A program made the position numbers and the translations under genes. From Rhizodiscina lignyota (lineage: Eukaryota): a stretch of 64,000 bases of DNA. A model generated the notes under the pieces. The model did not search any database, had not been told where the DNA came from, and saw only the letters and a program-made list of their open reading frames with translations. The first letter of the stretch is position 1. Each line of letters opens with the position of its first letter. Shown piece after piece: positions 60,127 through 64,000 of the stretch. The DNA lies in the NCBI GenBank assembly GCA_010015805.1, contig ML978124.1, positions 930,001-994,000 of the forward strand. The letters run 5' to 3'.

Positions 60127-62172
60127 ATGGCAGACACTTGTATTGTCTGTCTTGGTGATCTATCTTTGGACGATAATACTGCGAACAACGCTCCTATCGC
60201 CGCTGCCAATCATGTCTCGTCTCGAGTCGCTGGCGATGGCCTTCCTGGCAAAGTCGACGCAGACGCGGGCAGTGCGCTTCAAGCCGAGCTGGTAGCTCAC
60301 CTGTTGCCTTGCGGACATAACTTGCACGATGAATGTCTCAAACCTTGGGTTGAGCGCGCAAACAGCTGCCCTATTTGCAGGGCAAGTTTCAATGAGGTGC
60401 AGCTTAGCGCCTACATTGGAGGTATGTTTACTTGAGCTAATCCACTATGGTCATTTAATGTTTGCTAATAACATGTCGTTTCTACAGGCCCGGTCATCGA
60501 TTCCTACGCCGTTCAAGATAAGCAACAAGAGGCCGAAATCGATACTTCCATGATCGTCGAAGAAGAGCTGTTCGAAGGCCATATTGAACCCTGCATGGTC
60601 TGCCAGGTCTTCGGAGAGGAGTCACAATTGCTGCTTTGTGATGGTTGCAGCCAGTCTTGCCATGTGGCCTGCGCTGGACTGGATGAGATACCTGCTGGAA
60701 TGTGGTTTTGCTATGACTGCATGGGCGATAGTCGAATCCTTCAAGACGCATCACGAAGGACGAGTACACCAAGATCGCGTCGACGACGCGGTAGGCAACA
60801 ACCACGCGATGGTGCTCAGACTCTCGAGTGGACTCGCGTCTGGCGCGAAGTACATCAACGTATCGATTTCGACCTGGAATTTCCCTTCGATGATGACGAG
60901 GATGCGTCTATGCGAGAAATGCAACGTCTCCTCAGCCGAGAGCGTAGGGAACGAAGGGGAGTCGGTTCAGTTTGGGAGAGGCGCCGCGAAACCGCCGAGC
61001 GACAAGGTGCTGGTGCTCGCTTTCGAGCTGCTGCTGCGTCCATACTGGGAGGTACACCCAACCAGCCAACACGTCCTACACGATCAGAGCCCGAGTCTCA
61101 GGAAGAAATCAGGGCCTGGAATGCCTTCGACAAGGAGATGCAGCTGCGTAATGGGGAGCCGTCGCCGACCAATAACCGCAGAAAGCGCACGGCGTCAGGC
61201 TCGCCTCAGGAACCACAGTCAGGAGCGGAGCGGCCACTCAAACGACCCAGAACTCGAAGGGCTCAGGACCTGGCTGGCGCATCATCATCTCATGCTAACG
61301 GCGAATCGTCAACGGCAGCTCGAGGGTCTGATTCCGAAACACTGGCCCCACGTCCACGTCGAGAGGAAGCTGACGCCGCCATTGGCAGACCAAGTTTCCT
61401 ACAGTCCTTGCTCAAGGAAGTCGAGACACAACCCGTTGCTCTGTCCCCCGACGCCAGCTCTCCACCTCAATACTCTGAGGGGCTACCATTTCACCAAGAT
61501 CGTTCAATCTCACCGCGTCCTTCGTCACCAGAGCTATCACCAGCATCATCGTCTGGAAATGCCACCCCTCGCTCGATGACGCCACCGCCTTTGCAGTCCC
61601 CTCGACCTACCTCGCCGGCTCCTCTTACGTCTATCATCTCGCCTATATTTCCGCCTGCACCCGATTTCTCTCCATACTCCCCCCTCGAAGAAGATTCAGT
61701 CGAGCGTGCCCGAGCAAGGCAGCGAAAACCTCCATCCGATCCTTCGAGAAAAGAGAGCTCGCCTGCACCTCGGCAGCGTTCGTCAGATCACTCCCCAACG
61801 CGTCCTGCCCTTTCGTATTCCACCAAGACCGAGATTCAACGCATGGTGCGCGTCGTACTACGCCCACTCTACCAAGACCAGAAGATCAACAAAGATGAGT
61901 ACACAGACATCAACCGGGACGTTAGCAGGATGTTGTACGATAAGGTTGCCGCGCATACAGATGGGTTGGAGAACGAAGATGTTAGGAAGGAGTGGCAGAC
62001 GACGGCGCAGGATGAGGTAGATAAAGCTGTTGCTGCTCTGAAGCTGGAGAATGGCAATATCACGCGTGATGGGAATGAGGAGCACATTGTTGCTGTGAAG
62101 CAGGAAGATGTCAAGGAGGAAGATGTCAAGCAAGAAGATGTGAAGCAAGAAGCTGTCGCCCAGGAAGCATGA
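60127..62172 (+). CDS. RING plus PHD finger protein with C-terminal SRI-like domain (Asr1/PHRF1-like)
   Basis: CIVC...[15 protein letters not shown]...SCPICR (RING-H2), intron ~60422-60487, CMVC...LLCDGC...HVAC...WFCYDC (PHD), and [16 protein letters not shown]...[18 protein letters not shown]. Confidence 0.88.
62095..62151 (+). repeat. 15-nt tandem repeat, four copies, encoding VK(Q/E)ED
   Basis: GTGAAGCAGGAAGAT GTCAAGGAGGAAGAT GTCAAGCAAGAAGAT GTGAAGCAAGAA. Confidence 0.9.
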
Positions 62173-62928
62173 GCCTGAGGCGAAGTTGAATTGATGATAG
62201 CGAACGTCTGAACGATGGATTCATTACGAGACATGAGTTGTCTACTGGAGGTAGCATTTCCTGCGAATTCGAGCATCTGGGCGGGTCTTTTTCATTTGCA
62301 CACACTGGCTGGTTGGATGAACTGTTTTCTTGTTCGATTTAGCGCGGCGTCTTTCGGGCACTCGGATGTAGATACCCACTGCAGCGTTGGACTGGACAGG
62401 GAGATCATGGCGCCTAATCTAGATAGGCCTCCTACCTCACTGAATGAATGCAAGGAATGAAGCATTTCCCCTTATAGACACTTGTGCAGATTCTTACGTT
62501 ACCGAACGTCACACGGCGGATCAGGTGAACATCCAGATCATGGCTGAGACACCTATTTAGATTCCAAGGTCAATGAGCGCCACATTCTTTCCAAGTTGGC
62601 TTGTGTGCATGAGGACAATGATGCCCTTTGGGTTCGTCGGCTTGACACAGTCGATCTTTGCGAAGGTAATCGTTGGGCGTGAAGATCTGGCCACTAATAA
62701 GCACAACTACGCGGCAAGTAGTGCCATTGCAGGCTCGTGCTGCAATTTTGAACTATAGTATTTTAAGTATTAGTACCTCCGTATGCGATTTAATTAAGCA
62801 TTTTATTTACTACGAGAAGATCGAATAGTGTCATAACTAGAGTATATGCTAAAATACAACGCCTAGTACTAAGCTTCTATCTTCTAAGGACTAGGTACGA
62901 CCGCTCTAGGAAAAGCTGAAGGGCAAGC

Positions 62929-64000
62929 TCAAGGAGTGCACCAACTTAACATCTCCATCTTCTTTTCTAGACGTTCCACCCTATCCAAAAGGGCAGTGAA
63001 ATCTTCTCTGCGTCTCAGCCGCCCATTCAGAAACTTGAGATGAGGATGCAAATGTTTTGTATCTTTTGCTGTCGCTATGACGACCTCGCGAGAAACCTCA
63101 ATCCAATATTGGTCATAGCTAAGGACCATCAAATACAGCACATAGCAAAGCGCGAGGATCCATTCTGCTATGGCTGAGATCGATACTAAGGTATAGCATT
63201 GCGTGCCTTCGAAAGGCGTTTCCTTCGAGCCGATACAGCGGTACGATCCAATAAGAAATAAGAAACCAGTTGCTAAGAGCGGATCAGTAGCTGGAATTTC
63301 GGCATTCGAGCGCTGTTTTCAAGACTTACGAAGGGCTACAAAGCCAATTGTCTTTCTGCACTTTCGGACTAACGCCAGGTGAGGCTCCCTGCATCGACGC
63401 CCCATGCGGTATGACAGCCAGTAGTCTGAAGATTTGGCTAGAGATAAAGTCCAGACGTGGACTGACGTTAGAACTACATGCCGTGTCGGGTACAACTCGA
63501 TAGGTGTACGGCTGACGGCAACAAGAAAGCAGCAGGACACAGTCCCAAAGGCCATCTTGGAGTAACGGAAATAGATGCCGGGCTGAACATTGCGGCCAGC
63601 AATGCCATCCATAACGAACCCGGTAATAACAAATCCTGCGACGAATACCGGAAGCGTTGTGAAGGCAACTTCTTTCGTCGCACCGATCGAAGAAATATAG
63701 GGCCATAGCGCGTACGAGCCGCCGCCACCGATCCGAGGCTGTTTGCCGTCGACGTGGGCACGGGTCAAGTAACAGAGGAGGAAATAGGCGATCATGCTAA
63801 ACCAGATCAGACTGCCTAGAAAGAATGGAGCTGCTCGAAGAAGGTATCGTGTACGAGTAGACGAGATCAAGCCAAGCGATCCGTCGGAACTTGATGTATA
63901 CGTCCGAATTGGATGCTTTTCGGTTTGCGCAGTGGCGGGGCCGTCAACCAATGTTTCATCGCTGGCAGACGGCGTTATTCGACCGTGAAGCACATTGAAG
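62929..64000 (-). CDS. Frag1/DRAM/Sfk1-family multi-pass membrane protein (5' end outside the window)
   Basis: WPYISSIGA motif and about six hydrophobic helices. Intron ~63273-63329 (GTAAGT...CTGAT...TAG) leads into ...SAIAEWILALCYVLYLMVLSYD and on to the stop at 62929. Confidence 0.75.

Noticed and set aside
60584..61579. 331-aa alternative-frame ORF inside the PHD-RING gene, and similar long antisense ORFs elsewhere
   Set aside because: Shadow ORFs expected from GC-rich codon usage; no independent coding signal.

Overview
Gene-dense, ~52-55% GC (by eye) euchromatic segment of a filamentous ascomycete (Pezizomycotina, probably Dothideomycetes; species not identifiable from this sequence). 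It carries about 25 protein genes, many with short GT-AG introns: CHY-RING (Pirh2-like), SCY1-like CEX1, a large SET_assoc/PHD/winged-helix protein, PalA/RIM20, AIM19-like, CCZ1, a SAK1/Ssp1-type CAMKK, GPI10, DUF3984-like, SIW14-like phosphatase, MVD1, CYT2, PEX19, UBC9, PAB2, Hv1 proton channel, a GPI-anchored aspartic protease, RHO1, an SRPBCC protein, RPL43, a PHD-RING protein, an Sfk1/Frag1-like protein and several hypothetical proteins. I saw no intact transposon, rRNA or intact tRNA. The main find is in the unusually long 550-nt first intron (6279-6828) of the SET_assoc/PHD gene: a ~400-nt box C/D RNA with a terminal stem, C/D'/C'/D boxes and two antisense guides. By the D+5 rule these point to U5 snRNA U41 and U2 snRNA U47, both known 2'-O-methylation sites in human snRNAs. 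It also holds an embedded H/ACA-like hairpin, making it a candidate composite, dual-guide fungal scaRNA. All family and target assignments come from motif recognition and recalled reference sequences; no searches were run.
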